Made by a program: the position numbers and the translations under genes. Below are positions 9,169-18,980 of a DNA stretch of 64,000 nucleotides, piece by piece. Every line of letters begins with the position of its first letter. The stretch's first letter is position 1. Under the pieces are notes generated by a model that did not search any database, had not been told where the DNA came from, and saw only the letters and a list, made by a program, of their open reading frames with translations. Source of the DNA: an uncultured Bdellovibrio sp. (GTDB lineage Bacteria > Bdellovibrionota > Bdellovibrionia > Bdellovibrionales > Bdellovibrionaceae); NCBI GenBank assembly GCA_963932905.1, contig CAWVRN010000019.1, forward strand, positions 1-64,000. Direction: 5' to 3'.

Positions 9169-12100
9169 TTGAGGAACGTGGGCTCACCGGGGGAAAATTT
9201 GCGGCCAAATTGGTTTCGTTTTATTTTTATAAAACATAAAGCTGTTGTCGCAACCGTATTTTTATCACTGCTTCTTACTATTCAATTTCAAAACTGCGCT
9301 CAAAGTGGAGCGACCTACGTCAACAACGGACAAACTCAAGCCTCTCCTTTCGCAGATAAAAAAGTTGTTCTAAATTCAAAGAGTTTTCAAGATTCATCCC
9401 TAGAATCAAACGATCAAGCGCAAGATGCAGCTGGTAGCGCGACCAATGACTCATCTATTGAAAAGCCCAAATTGAAATCTAGTGTTCGTCTTTTAGCGAA
9501 AGTGAATAACGTTTGTGCGCAGTCTTGGTGTTCAAATAATCAAAATAGAAGTGCTATAGTTTGCCAAGCGTATCATCAAGGACCTCGCAAAAGCCTAGAA
9601 CGAAGTTTTCAAATTTACGAAGTTCGCAATCCAGGTGAATTGAATGAAGATCAGCTTCAAGCGTGGGTTAGCAAAAGTCCTGCTGATCAACATTGTCTAA
9701 AAGGTATTTCTGAATTGCGCATGTACTCTCAGAAAGCAGCTTTCAATGACACCAATTATTCAACCCAAAAACCGGCTTTGGATTTAATTAATTTTGAAGC
9801 GGCACAGACTTATTTTCCTGTTTCTAGTTTAGGTACAGTAAAAGTCGGCGTGATTGATTCGGGTGTTGCGGCGGATACAGATCTAGGAAATGTCGCTCAA
9901 CGTGTAAATGTTAGTTCGTGGAATGCTACGGCGACTCCGCTATTTCTGGGTGGCGATCAAACTAAACCGGCCAATTTCCATGGTACGTTCGTAGCTGGTA
10001 TTATTGGGGCCACTCGAAGTAATTCTAATGGCATTGTCGGTATTGCACCGAACACTTCTATATACGCTTATGGTGTTGGTAACAGTTTAGGTCAAATGAC
10101 TAATTTGGAAATCGCCAACGCGATTTCAGATGCTGTCGTCGATCAAATGGATGTTGTGAATATGTCGTTTGGTAATTCCGACGGGTACTATAGCGATGAT
10201 CCGATGATTGCCGACGGCCTTGTAGATGGCTATAATGCCAATATTCTTTTTGTTGTGGCAGCGGGTAATAGCAGCGCGAACTTAGATACGAATCCTTCCT
10301 ATCCAGCTCAGTATTCGTTCACCATGCAAAACGTGATTACCGTAGCTGCTTCTGATAACTATGGAAGTTTAGCTTCTTTTTCAAATCGCAGTAATACATA
10401 CGTGAACATCATGGCTCCGGGGGTACAGATCATTTCTATATACCCAAGCTACCTATCTCATAGCACGGATCGTTTTGATGGAACTTCATTTGCGGCTCCG
10501 ATGGTGACGGGCGCTGCGGCTTTAGCTATCGGTTATTATCGCAAAAAAAATATGACTCTGGACGTGGGAAATGTAAGGAAGTTAATTACTTTTGACGGTG
10601 CTAAACTGCGATCTGACTTAAATCCTTATATTAAAAGTGGTGCTTTCTTAGACTTAGAACAACTAGGTAAAGCAATTCAAACGGCCTCTGCAGCTCAGCC
10701 TTTGGCTATTTCACAAGCGCGAGGTGTGGATGGTTCAGGAAATCCGACACTAGAACTGACCATCGCTTACGATTCTAGTAAGTTCGCAAATGTGGCAGCA
10801 GGATCAAAAATTGGTATCTTTGATTTATCGTCTGGTTGCAATTATTCGGCGCCATGTTTAATTCAAAGTGTAACATGGCCACCAAGTTCTGCTGTATGTA
10901 GCGGGAACAATTGCACATTTAAAGTGACTTTGAGTCGTAGCCAAGTGATCACACTGATGCCTTCAAAAGATGATGCCAATTTAAAATTGCCACTATCAGT
11001 AGCTATTTATCACGTGATCGATGGCAAAAGTGTGTACGCTGTCGATGCGGCATCCAGCATCAACGTGCGCGAAGTTGCCGGTAGCACAGGTGAGGCATTA
11101 ACGGGCGCTGTTACCAATGTGCGAATGGATATGCAATTCTTCTACGTTCAAGGTTGGACATGTTTACCAGGATCTGAGAAGGCCATACCAGTAGGAATAG
11201 TGGATAGCGGTGGTAATGCCGTTGTTGCCGATTACGCTTATGATTATCCGTTTATGGTGCCACATAGTACACCGATTGATAGTGCGGGTGATTTGATGTG
11301 GCAGTCTAATGTAGCCGGAGATACGTACACTGACGGCAAACCTCATACACGTGCCTTGATCGCATCGGGTATTGTAGCGTCGCAAACTTCGAAAAGTCGT
11401 TTCCCTGCGGGTCTAGAGGCCAATCCTCAAATGGTAAATATTTGTAAAACCCTTACAGCGGCTCACGGTTTTGAATTGATGGTCCCACTAAGTACCATTC
11501 GTAATTCGTCGCTGTCGGGTAAAACCTTTAAAATTGTTGCGAGTGATTCATCCGATTTAGCTTTAAAGGATGCTCTTGGAAATGATGTTTTTGAGTTTCC
11601 AGAGGTCGTTGATAAAGCGTCAGAGAATCAATTCACAATTACTCGTGACGATGTAAATTATGAATTGACCGGTAAACTGTGTTCAGGATCGCCATCACCT
11701 GTTGAAGTAGAAGTCAGCTTTATGAGTTACAATTTCGTTTGGGCGCTAACGAATGCTCGCCCAGATTCGATTGGAAATGGTGCGGGTTTAGTTTCAGATA
11801 CCAGTTTAACAGCAACTACCCAATATCCTTTGCCAGTCGAAACTGTACAACCAACAACGTCAACGGATATGACTTTAAAAATTACGAAAGATACGTTGAC
11901 GACAACCGATACTGATCCGTTCACACTAGCTTACAAAAATTACGCACAATATCCACCAAATGCGGCTGTTGGCGGTCCTTCTGCTGGTGGCGGTACGCCT
12001 GATAGTTTGATTGCGGCATTCGTTAGTAATGTCAATTCGTACAATAAATTTGTACGCGTAGGGACTGGTGAATCAATTCGCTATTATCAATCTCTTAAAA

Positions 12101-12669
12101 GTATTGCTGCTGGACCTGGCTGGGCAGAGAAAGCCGCTGCCTACAACACAGCTCGTTCGGATATTTTGGTGCCTACAACGAATACATTTACAAATCCGAT
12201 CTATTGGGATTACTACGATGTAGGGGAACCGTTTTCGACAAATTTAGTTGGTTATGATTTTAACTGGCATTCTAAAGAGGTCGCAAAATATTTGAAAACA
12301 ACTTATCAAATTACTTCGGCTCTTCGCGAAGTAAAAAAATTCGAAACACCTTTATCTAAAGAAACAGGTATCCTTGGTCACGGGCAACTAGCTATAAATT
12401 GGTCTGGCTCGTGTGCTTCTGGATATCAGCATGATTTATCGAGTTTAAAAATTGAGAACTATAGTAAATATTCTCCATACTATGGAACAGGTGCGAATGG
12501 TTTCTGGTTAACTAGCCAACAGCCAAAACAGTACCAAGCCATCGCCGTGGCTGAAGCAATGAAGAAATTGCCAATTACATTAAGATTCTTTCAGGACGGA
12601 AAACTTGTTTTACATCTTGAATCAGATTCTAGTTCTAATTTTAACCAGGTAAATTACAATTTCAGATAG
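9169..12669 (+). CDS. Subtilisin-family (S8) serine protease, probable lipoprotein, with a long unassigned C-terminal region
   Basis: Triad motifs VGVIDSG, HGTFVAG, GTSFAAP; oxyanion AAGN; hydrophobic N-terminus ending QFQNC; exact start uncertain. Confidence 0.9.
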   Translation: MRNVGSPGENLRPNWFRFIFIKHKAVVATVFLSLLLTIQFQNCAQSGATYVNNGQTQASPFADKKVVLNSKSFQDSSLESNDQAQDAAGSATNDSSIEKPKLKSSVRLLAKVNNVCAQSWCSNNQNRSAIVCQAYHQGPRKSLERSFQIYEVRNPGELNEDQLQAWVSKSPADQHCLKGISELRMYSQKAAFNDTNYSTQKPALDLINFEAAQTYFPVSSLGTVKVGVIDSGVAADTDLGNVAQRVNVSSWNATATPLFLGGDQTKPANFHGTFVAGIIGATRSNSNGIVGIAPNTSIYAYGVGNSLGQMTNLEIANAISDAVVDQMDVVNMSFGNSDGYYSDDPMIADGLVDGYNANILFVVAAGNSSANLDTNPSYPAQYSFTMQNVITVAASDNYGSLASFSNRSNTYVNIMAPGVQIISIYPSYLSHSTDRFDGTSFAAPMVTGAAALAIGYYRKKNMTLDVGNVRKLITFDGAKLRSDLNPYIKSGAFLDLEQLGKAIQTASAAQPLAISQARGVDGSGNPTLELTIAYDSSKFANVAAGSKIGIFDLSSGCNYSAPCLIQSVTWPPSSAVCSGNNCTFKVTLSRSQVITLMPSKDDANLKLPLSVAIYHVIDGKSVYAVDAASSINVREVAGSTGEALTGAVTNVRMDMQFFYVQGWTCLPGSEKAIPVGIVDSGGNAVVADYAYDYPFMVPHSTPIDSAGDLMWQSNVAGDTYTDGKPHTRALIASGIVASQTSKSRFPAGLEANPQMVNICKTLTAAHGFELMVPLSTIRNSSLSGKTFKIVASDSSDLALKDALGNDVFEFPEVVDKASENQFTITRDDVNYELTGKLCSGSPSPVEVEVSFMSYNFVWALTNARPDSIGNGAGLVSDTSLTATTQYPLPVETVQPTTSTDMTLKITKDTLTTTDTDPFTLAYKNYAQYPPNAAVGGPSAGGGTPDSLIAAFVSNVNSYNKFVRVGTGESIRYYQSLKSIAAGPGWAEKAAAYNTARSDILVPTTNTFTNPIYWDYYDVGEPFSTNLVGYDFNWHSKEVAKYLKTTYQITSALREVKKFETPLSKETGILGHGQLAINWSGSCASGYQHDLSSLKIENYSKYSPYYGTGANGFWLTSQQPKQYQAIAVAEAMKKLPITLRFFQDGKLVLHLESDSSSNFNQVNYNFR

Positions 12670-12686
12670 ATAGAAAGGTACGTTGA

Positions 12687-15101
12687 GTGTTTATTGGGGT
12701 GGTTCGTTTTTATTTATTAGCTTTCATCATTGCTTGCTTGGCGGGTTGTACCGGAAAAGTAAGTACGGAATCTAGCGTGCAAAACGCGGTCGAAGCGATG
12801 GCACAGCAGAGTTCCGTTACGTTAATTTCTAATTCGACCCAATCTCAAAATAAATGTGAAACAGGGAATAAAATTGTTGTTCAAGTAGCTTTGTCGACAG
12901 TTGCTAAATTTTATTGCCGTGATAAATCAAAATTAATGGATTCAGTTAAACTAGGTCCAGTGTGTGATGGTGGCGTAACGATCAAGAATTTGACTGTAAA
13001 TCGAGACGTAAAAGATTGTCATGAACTAACGGTGTGCGGTCGATCGCACAGTTCGGCGGTTGATATCACGAAGCGTATCGACGGTACGACAGTTCAACGG
13101 TTAACGTTTGAAAATTTGCCTTGGGGTTGTGAAGGGCACATCGAAGCATCTTCGGATCCAAAATTTGAGAGCGGAGAAATACAAAGTATTTCGATGCAAA
13201 TTCTGCCTCCGTCATGCCCGTTCTGTGAAGCGTTCAACGGAGTTAGCTGTAATCAGTGCAGTACGGCTAGTAGTGGCGAAACTATGTTTGTGGCCGGACA
13301 AATTATTCCTAAAACCTGCACTGGTAATTGTGCTCAATGTAAATACCCACCGACGGGAAGTCCTTCTGCCAGTTTTGTCTCCAGCAGTGAAATGGTGGCA
13401 CATGCCGGTATTCGTCCATTCTATACTTCAGGTAATGCGATTTGTGGTCAATTGTGTACACAGATTCAACAAATTCGCGTTTGCAATAACGGCAAATGGG
13501 TACCTGGTGATGATACTGTTCTGCATACTCAGTGTCAGGAGCCAGCGCCTTCAAGTTGCATGACGGGAAATAGCGTAGGGTTTTTTAAGGGTCTAACCAG
13601 AAAATTCGGTTTGAATTCAGGTTTGCAAACGATGGCAGCTGGTGGCGACGGTGTTACGTGTGCGCAATGTTCGGCGGGGTCGTGCGCGACATGTACGACC
13701 GCTGGAGGATCACAAGGCTACAAGTTATATACTCAGACATCGGTTCCTAACGGATCATCATGTGACTCTGTTAGCCAGTGTCAAACCTGTGTTGACAACT
13801 TATTCCAAGGCAATCCCGCTTATAAATACGGATCATGTTCTGTGCTTGCGGCGTCATGTACGCAGCGTTTGCTAAACTCACCAGTGGCATCTGGGTCTAA
13901 ACAAACGTTCTATAACGGTGGTAGTTGTGACCCGATTGTTTTGACGTGTGCTAATGGATCTTGGAAAGATTCAAATAATGCCGCTGTAACACAAACCACT
14001 GCGGATAGTTATTCCGATCAGTGTGTACAGTCGTCAGATTGTGTAACTAAAGGTGGAATTTCGATTTTAAATAACACCAATCAATATGTGTTCGATACTA
14101 ATTTAGTGGATTCGACAGATAATTGTTATTCAACGAATCACTTTCGGTACATAGGGTGTGCAAACGGTGCTGTGTCACCTAGTGATCCGGGGACTTCATT
14201 TAAATACAAAGAATGTAAAACTAAAACTTGCGTCGATCCACGTGATCCTGCAAAAACAATTAATGCAGGTGTTGTGGTTTCCTATTGGGCTGTTGGCGAA
14301 GCGACCTGTTCAAGCCTACCAGATCCAGCGACGTATTGTAATAACAACAAAGTTACCTTTACCTGTGCACCAACGGGTGGGGCTGCGGTTATTTCCCCAG
14401 CGAATGCAACTGGCCTTGCGGGCTATACCTACTCTGCCTGCAAAGTTCCACCGTCGTGCAGTGCTTGTGTGGTTAACAAAACAGACGCTAACAATATCAA
14501 TGTTTCAATCGGTAGTTCAACGATGCTATTTAAAAATAAACAGTCAGATTTATGTCAAAGCGTTGGAAAGTCGTTTACCTGTCAATCATCGGGCAATAGT
14601 TCTCCTAAATTAGTGGATTCAACTGGGGCCGGTGAAAAACATGAAGACTATCCTTACTTGAATTGTAGTCCAACTGGCGGCGGAGATGAAGGCAGCTTGG
14701 GTGGAACCGGCGGTGGTAACGGAAATGATAATGGTCCTGGTTCTGCAATTAAGAAACGATTTGGAGCAACGGATGGCAGTGGTGGAGCTGGTTTAGGTTG
14801 TGTGGATGCCGTTTCATGTGCCCTACAATTTTCGGGAGCTTCGCTTCCGACGAAAACTAATTTTACTCCATGTGTTCTTCCGTGGCCGTCTCGCGTAAGC
14901 GAAATTGAATTCTATGGAACAATCGTAGCGTTCAGTAGTCGTCGCGCTACGATCGCTTCCGGTACAAATGATACCGTCTGTGTGACGAAACCAGATTTAT
15001 GTTCTAACCATCGTCAATCACGTACGTGCCAATACCCAACATGGACAGGCGCGGAGGAATTTAAATATCCAAACTGTGTCGAGAAAGCGAGTTGCCCATG
15101 A
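12687..15101 (+). CDS. Cysteine-rich repeat lipoprotein
   Basis: Lipobox LAGC; repeated modules like G..F/Y....C.....C.NG.W/F.G...Y..C; late CVLPW motif. Confidence 0.75.
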   Translation: MFIGVVRFYLLAFIIACLAGCTGKVSTESSVQNAVEAMAQQSSVTLISNSTQSQNKCETGNKIVVQVALSTVAKFYCRDKSKLMDSVKLGPVCDGGVTIKNLTVNRDVKDCHELTVCGRSHSSAVDITKRIDGTTVQRLTFENLPWGCEGHIEASSDPKFESGEIQSISMQILPPSCPFCEAFNGVSCNQCSTASSGETMFVAGQIIPKTCTGNCAQCKYPPTGSPSASFVSSSEMVAHAGIRPFYTSGNAICGQLCTQIQQIRVCNNGKWVPGDDTVLHTQCQEPAPSSCMTGNSVGFFKGLTRKFGLNSGLQTMAAGGDGVTCAQCSAGSCATCTTAGGSQGYKLYTQTSVPNGSSCDSVSQCQTCVDNLFQGNPAYKYGSCSVLAASCTQRLLNSPVASGSKQTFYNGGSCDPIVLTCANGSWKDSNNAAVTQTTADSYSDQCVQSSDCVTKGGISILNNTNQYVFDTNLVDSTDNCYSTNHFRYIGCANGAVSPSDPGTSFKYKECKTKTCVDPRDPAKTINAGVVVSYWAVGEATCSSLPDPATYCNNNKVTFTCAPTGGAAVISPANATGLAGYTYSACKVPPSCSACVVNKTDANNINVSIGSSTMLFKNKQSDLCQSVGKSFTCQSSGNSSPKLVDSTGAGEKHEDYPYLNCSPTGGGDEGSLGGTGGGNGNDNGPGSAIKKRFGATDGSGGAGLGCVDAVSCALQFSGASLPTKTNFTPCVLPWPSRVSEIEFYGTIVAFSSRRATIASGTNDTVCVTKPDLCSNHRQSRTCQYPTWTGAEEFKYPNCVEKASCP

Positions 15102-17809
15102 AGTTTTTTGGCTTACTTGCTTTAGTCATAGTTAATATGATGGTAAATTTGGGTTGTTCGGAACAAGTGAATACACCTAAATCTGAATCCGCATTGCAAA
15201 TGGAAATGACGTACACGAAAGCGTGCTCGGATGGAAAATGTCCGTGCGATTCGCCGTTAGGTCCCATTGTCGATGGCGGCACGGCTTTAGCGTATGATAC
15301 AAATCAAGTCGCTTGCGGCGCTACCTGTGAAACTCGTGCCGTAACGTTAGTTTGTAAAAATGGAAAATTTGACCGGGATACAAAACCATTGTCGTTTTCT
15401 TGCCAGGTATCAGCGTGTAAGGCATGTACGGTAGGAAATAATCAAGTTCCGCATGGTTTTACTGTCCAAATGTTCAATTCAAACTCAGTTGCCTGCGGAA
15501 AAAGCTGTGATGACAACAAGCGCGCTTTGGTTTGTAAGGATGGAAAACTGCAAGGCAGTTTAGCGGGGCCATCGGCGGATGGTAAAGACGGCGTGTATTC
15601 TTCAGCCAGCTGTTTACCTCAAACATGCAACTGTTCAATTCCTGACGGCGGCAGCATGACAGCCGGCGGGGAAATGAAGTTCTATAAATCCAGCACCGGT
15701 ACATGCGATATTCCGTGTGATGATTCAAAAAATATGGTGAAGCGTACCTGCGCGCCAGTCAACGGTTCTAGCACAACGTTTGCGTTTAGTGGGGATACAA
15801 GTTTTTCTAAATCAAGTTGTACAGAACGTCCGACGAATTTATGTGGTTGTACTCTTCCAGATACAAATAAAACCGCGTTAGGTCACGGAAAATCTAAAGA
15901 TATTTTTGGTGCCTCAGCTCCCTACAGTTGCAATACTTGCGATAATATTAAAATTACGGCTTATTGCGATAGTGGGACATTATATGACAAACCATCTACG
16001 GATTCGACTCGAGTTGTATTAAGTCCTTCGCAGTTAAATTCACATAAATCATTATCGTGTGATCCGGGTTTAACTCCAGACTGTACGATTAACAATATTT
16101 GTGTGGCTGATAAAACAAGTAAAACACTGTATGGTAAAACGCCATTAACATGCGCGGATAACCCCAGTGATTCACAGGCTCTATTTTCTTGTGCAAACAA
16201 AGCATTGCTTCAAAACGGTGTGGCCTATAATGCAACGACTGATATTTACAAAAACTCTTGGCAAGTGAGTGCGCCTTCGAATTCATGCGTGGGTTGTGCA
16301 TTACCTTGGGGTGGATCGGTCGGAGTTGGCTCAACGGTTTCTATGTATAAGAGTTCTGGCAATTCATCGAATTCGTGTGGTACTGGATGCAAACAAATAC
16401 AGATGAAATGTTTGGCTGATGGAAGTTTTGATTCCGGCGACGCCAGTGTAAATTTAGATTATAAAAACAATAAATCAAACTACACTCAAACATGTAACAA
16501 CACCTGCTCACAAGAGGGCGGTGGTGCACCTCCAAGATTCTGTCTTCTACCATGGCAAAATAGTTTTGTTTCCGCTGATGCTTTAATTCCGATGTGGAAA
16601 AAGAAGACGGTGTACTATGGAGATAGTTGCCAGAACTACTTTCGACTAGGTCGTTGTATGCTAAGTACCGGTACGTTCGATGCTGGCTTTCAATATATAT
16701 ACAAAAGTTGTACGGAGCTTCCTTTTCAAGGTGTTCGTATCGATAACGTAAGCCCGAAATTTGTAACATCAGCCGGCGGTACCATCACGTTAACAGGAGC
16801 GGGTTTTGCGGCAGGTATGCAAGTCGCAATTGGTAAAACTACATGTTCAAATGTTTCTGTGTCTAGTGCCACCCAATTGACATGTACGGCTCCTGCAAAT
16901 TCATCATTAGATAGCTACGATGTATTAGTGACTGTGGGTACTAAAAAAGCCATCAGTCCAAGTGGATTGTCGTACTATGGTGGCCAATGTACGGGCGGGC
17001 CGGGACAAACTGTTTTCAAATACACTGGCAGCAATCAAACATTCACTGTCCCTGCAGGTTGTAAATCGATAACGATCACAGCTTGGGGTGCCGGTGGTGG
17101 TGGCCGACAAATTTCAGTATCTGGAGGATTTATCGGTCAGGTCGGGGGCGCTGGTGGTTTTGCAAAAGGAACCCTCGCAGTCACTCCTGGTGCATCGTAC
17201 ACAGTGGTTGTCGGTGGCGGTGGTTATGGCGGTTACTTCAGTGGATCTAGTGGTGGCGGTTACGCAGGTGTATTCTCGTCTACATCCATAGCAGCTGCTA
17301 ATGCGGTTATCATAGCCGGTGGTGGTGGCGGTGCCGGTGATCCAACTGGATGCAATAAAGGTGGTACCGGCGGCGAAGGCGGTGGTGCTACGGGTGGAAC
17401 GCATGGAACATGCTCAGGAACTGGTGGTTCGCAAAGTGCCGGCGGCACAGGTGGCGCTTCAGCAAAAGCGGGGGAATCACTGAAAGGTGCTTCTATTGGA
17501 TCTTCGGTAGCTGGGTACGCTGGTGCGGGCACTGGAAATTCATATACGTCCGGTGGTGCCGGTGGTGGTGGATACTTTGGTGGTGGCGCTGGATCAGAAG
17601 TCACAGGCCTAGCCGGTTCAGGTGGTGGAGGCAGCGGTTATCTGTCACCATCCATTACGAATGGCACAACTACAACAGGCAACGGTCGTATGCCTCCGCA
17701 AACTAGCGACTCTAAATATCAATTCGGCATTGGTATGGGCGGAAATGACCCTACTGGTGGAACGGGATCGTCTACCGGTGGAAACGGTATGATCGTTATA
17801 AGTTACTAG
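15092..17809 (+). CDS. Cysteine-rich repeat lipoprotein with an IPT/TIG domain and a C-terminal glycine-rich domain
   Basis: Lipobox NLGC; same Cys module; VSPK...GGTITLTGAGF...LTCTAP (IPT/TIG); FKYTGSNQTFTVPAG...AWGAGGGG...GGNGMIVISY (glycine-rich domain). Confidence 0.8.
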   Translation: MPMKFFGLLALVIVNMMVNLGCSEQVNTPKSESALQMEMTYTKACSDGKCPCDSPLGPIVDGGTALAYDTNQVACGATCETRAVTLVCKNGKFDRDTKPLSFSCQVSACKACTVGNNQVPHGFTVQMFNSNSVACGKSCDDNKRALVCKDGKLQGSLAGPSADGKDGVYSSASCLPQTCNCSIPDGGSMTAGGEMKFYKSSTGTCDIPCDDSKNMVKRTCAPVNGSSTTFAFSGDTSFSKSSCTERPTNLCGCTLPDTNKTALGHGKSKDIFGASAPYSCNTCDNIKITAYCDSGTLYDKPSTDSTRVVLSPSQLNSHKSLSCDPGLTPDCTINNICVADKTSKTLYGKTPLTCADNPSDSQALFSCANKALLQNGVAYNATTDIYKNSWQVSAPSNSCVGCALPWGGSVGVGSTVSMYKSSGNSSNSCGTGCKQIQMKCLADGSFDSGDASVNLDYKNNKSNYTQTCNNTCSQEGGGAPPRFCLLPWQNSFVSADALIPMWKKKTVYYGDSCQNYFRLGRCMLSTGTFDAGFQYIYKSCTELPFQGVRIDNVSPKFVTSAGGTITLTGAGFAAGMQVAIGKTTCSNVSVSSATQLTCTAPANSSLDSYDVLVTVGTKKAISPSGLSYYGGQCTGGPGQTVFKYTGSNQTFTVPAGCKSITITAWGAGGGGRQISVSGGFIGQVGGAGGFAKGTLAVTPGASYTVVVGGGGYGGYFSGSSGGGYAGVFSSTSIAAANAVIIAGGGGGAGDPTGCNKGGTGGEGGGATGGTHGTCSGTGGSQSAGGTGGASAKAGESLKGASIGSSVAGYAGAGTGNSYTSGGAGGGGYFGGGAGSEVTGLAGSGGGGSGYLSPSITNGTTTTGNGRMPPQTSDSKYQFGIGMGGNDPTGGTGSSTGGNGMIVISY

Positions 17810-17822
17810 TGTTCGTCGATAA

Positions 17823-18980
17823 CTATTTTAGTTTTATTTCACCCAGTTGCGAGATCTCAAACAGTACTTTCCGTTTTGGATTTTTGTTTAAATCCAATTT
17901 AATGTCCGGAATTTCGATGTTTCCTCGAGTCGAGAAAATCACGAGTTTGCCTTCGGCTGGGGCCGGATTTCCATATTGATTGTAAAACGTGATTTCTGCT
18001 TCGTATGTTCCCGCAATGACCTTATCGGCTTGCCAGATCTCGGCTCCAGGACCTCGTCTACTATCTAAGACTATTTTTCCTGGATAATTTAGGAATTCTT
18101 TGTTTTTGAATGTAAATTTTTTACCGTTAGGGTCTTTAATAACTAAATCTAAATCATGTTCATTGGTAAACCAGTTTAAAACTATAGCCAGGAACGATCC
18201 TTTTTGTTCTAAGGTCTGCAGCTTAGCTTCCAATTCTTTGTTTTTTTGATCTAGTATTTTAGTTTTTTCTGATTCTGAGATGTATTCCTTTTCGAAATTT
18301 TTCTCTTTTGGCTTTTCTTTGTCCTTGTCTTTTTCTTTTTCGATTTTATCAATGGCCGCGACTTTTCTTGCTAGTTCTTCTTTCATTTTAGCAATTTCTT
18401 CGTCTTTAGCTTTTATTTCGTCTTTCTTTTTTAGTAGCTCATTTTCATTCTTTTTTAATTTTTCTTCCGCGACTACTTTTTCTCTAGTTAGTTCCGCCGT
18501 GCTTTTGTTTTCATTTTGGATGGAAGCTATAGAACGATTCTTTTCTTGGTTTTCAGTTTCCAATCGTTTCAGTTCTTCCCTGGATTTTGTGTTTTCAGAA
18601 ACCTGCAGAGCCAAATCCTCTTTTAATTTTTTAGATTCGTCTTCCATAGCAGTAAATTTAGTTTTCAGGTCTGCGGCTTCCGCAATCAGTTTCGCTTGGT
18701 CGGCCAGTTGGGCCGTTAACGCTGCGATTTGGGCTTGGTAGTCTGGTAGATTAACTTTAGGATCCTTGACCTGATCTTGTGCAAATTTTTGTTGAATCGA
18801 CTCTTTCATCTTTTTAGTCGCTTCAGGGTCTTGCATGGCGTACAACATGACGAAAAGACCAAAAAGAAGTGTCATCATATCCGCATAGGATACGAGCCAG
18901 CGTTCATCGATATGTTCTTCGTGATCGCCTTCGATATATTTCTTTTTGTAAATGATCTTAACGTTTTTGTCTTTAGCCAT
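17823..18980 (-). CDS. MotB-like protein: MotB transmembrane helix + coiled coil + YfaP/DUF2135-like domain, no OmpA-like domain
   Basis: WLVSYADMMTLLFGLFVMLYA with the conserved Asp; long K/E-rich heptad region; C-terminal LNWFTNEHDLDLVIKDPNG...LDSRRGPGAE...GTYEAEITFY. Confidence 0.8.
   Translation of the reverse strand: MAKDKNVKIIYKKKYIEGDHEEHIDERWLVSYADMMTLLFGLFVMLYAMQDPEATKKMKESIQQKFAQDQVKDPKVNLPDYQAQIAALTAQLADQAKLIAEAADLKTKFTAMEDESKKLKEDLALQVSENTKSREELKRLETENQEKNRSIASIQNENKSTAELTREKVVAEEKLKKNENELLKKKDEIKAKDEEIAKMKEELARKVAAIDKIEKEKDKDKEKPKEKNFEKEYISESEKTKILDQKNKELEAKLQTLEQKGSFLAIVLNWFTNEHDLDLVIKDPNGKKFTFKNKEFLNYPGKIVLDSRRGPGAEIWQADKVIAGTYEAEITFYNQYGNPAPAEGKLVIFSTRGNIEIPDIKLDLNKNPKRKVLFEISQLGEIKLK

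Noticed and set aside
13108..17706. Numerous alternative-frame and antisense ORFs inside the Cys- and Gly-rich genes
   Set aside because: Explained by biased codon content of the main ORFs; no RBS or recognisable motifs.
18280..18741. 153-aa Ser/Phe-rich ORF opposite the motB-like gene
   Set aside because: Antisense shadow of the Lys/Glu-rich coiled coil.
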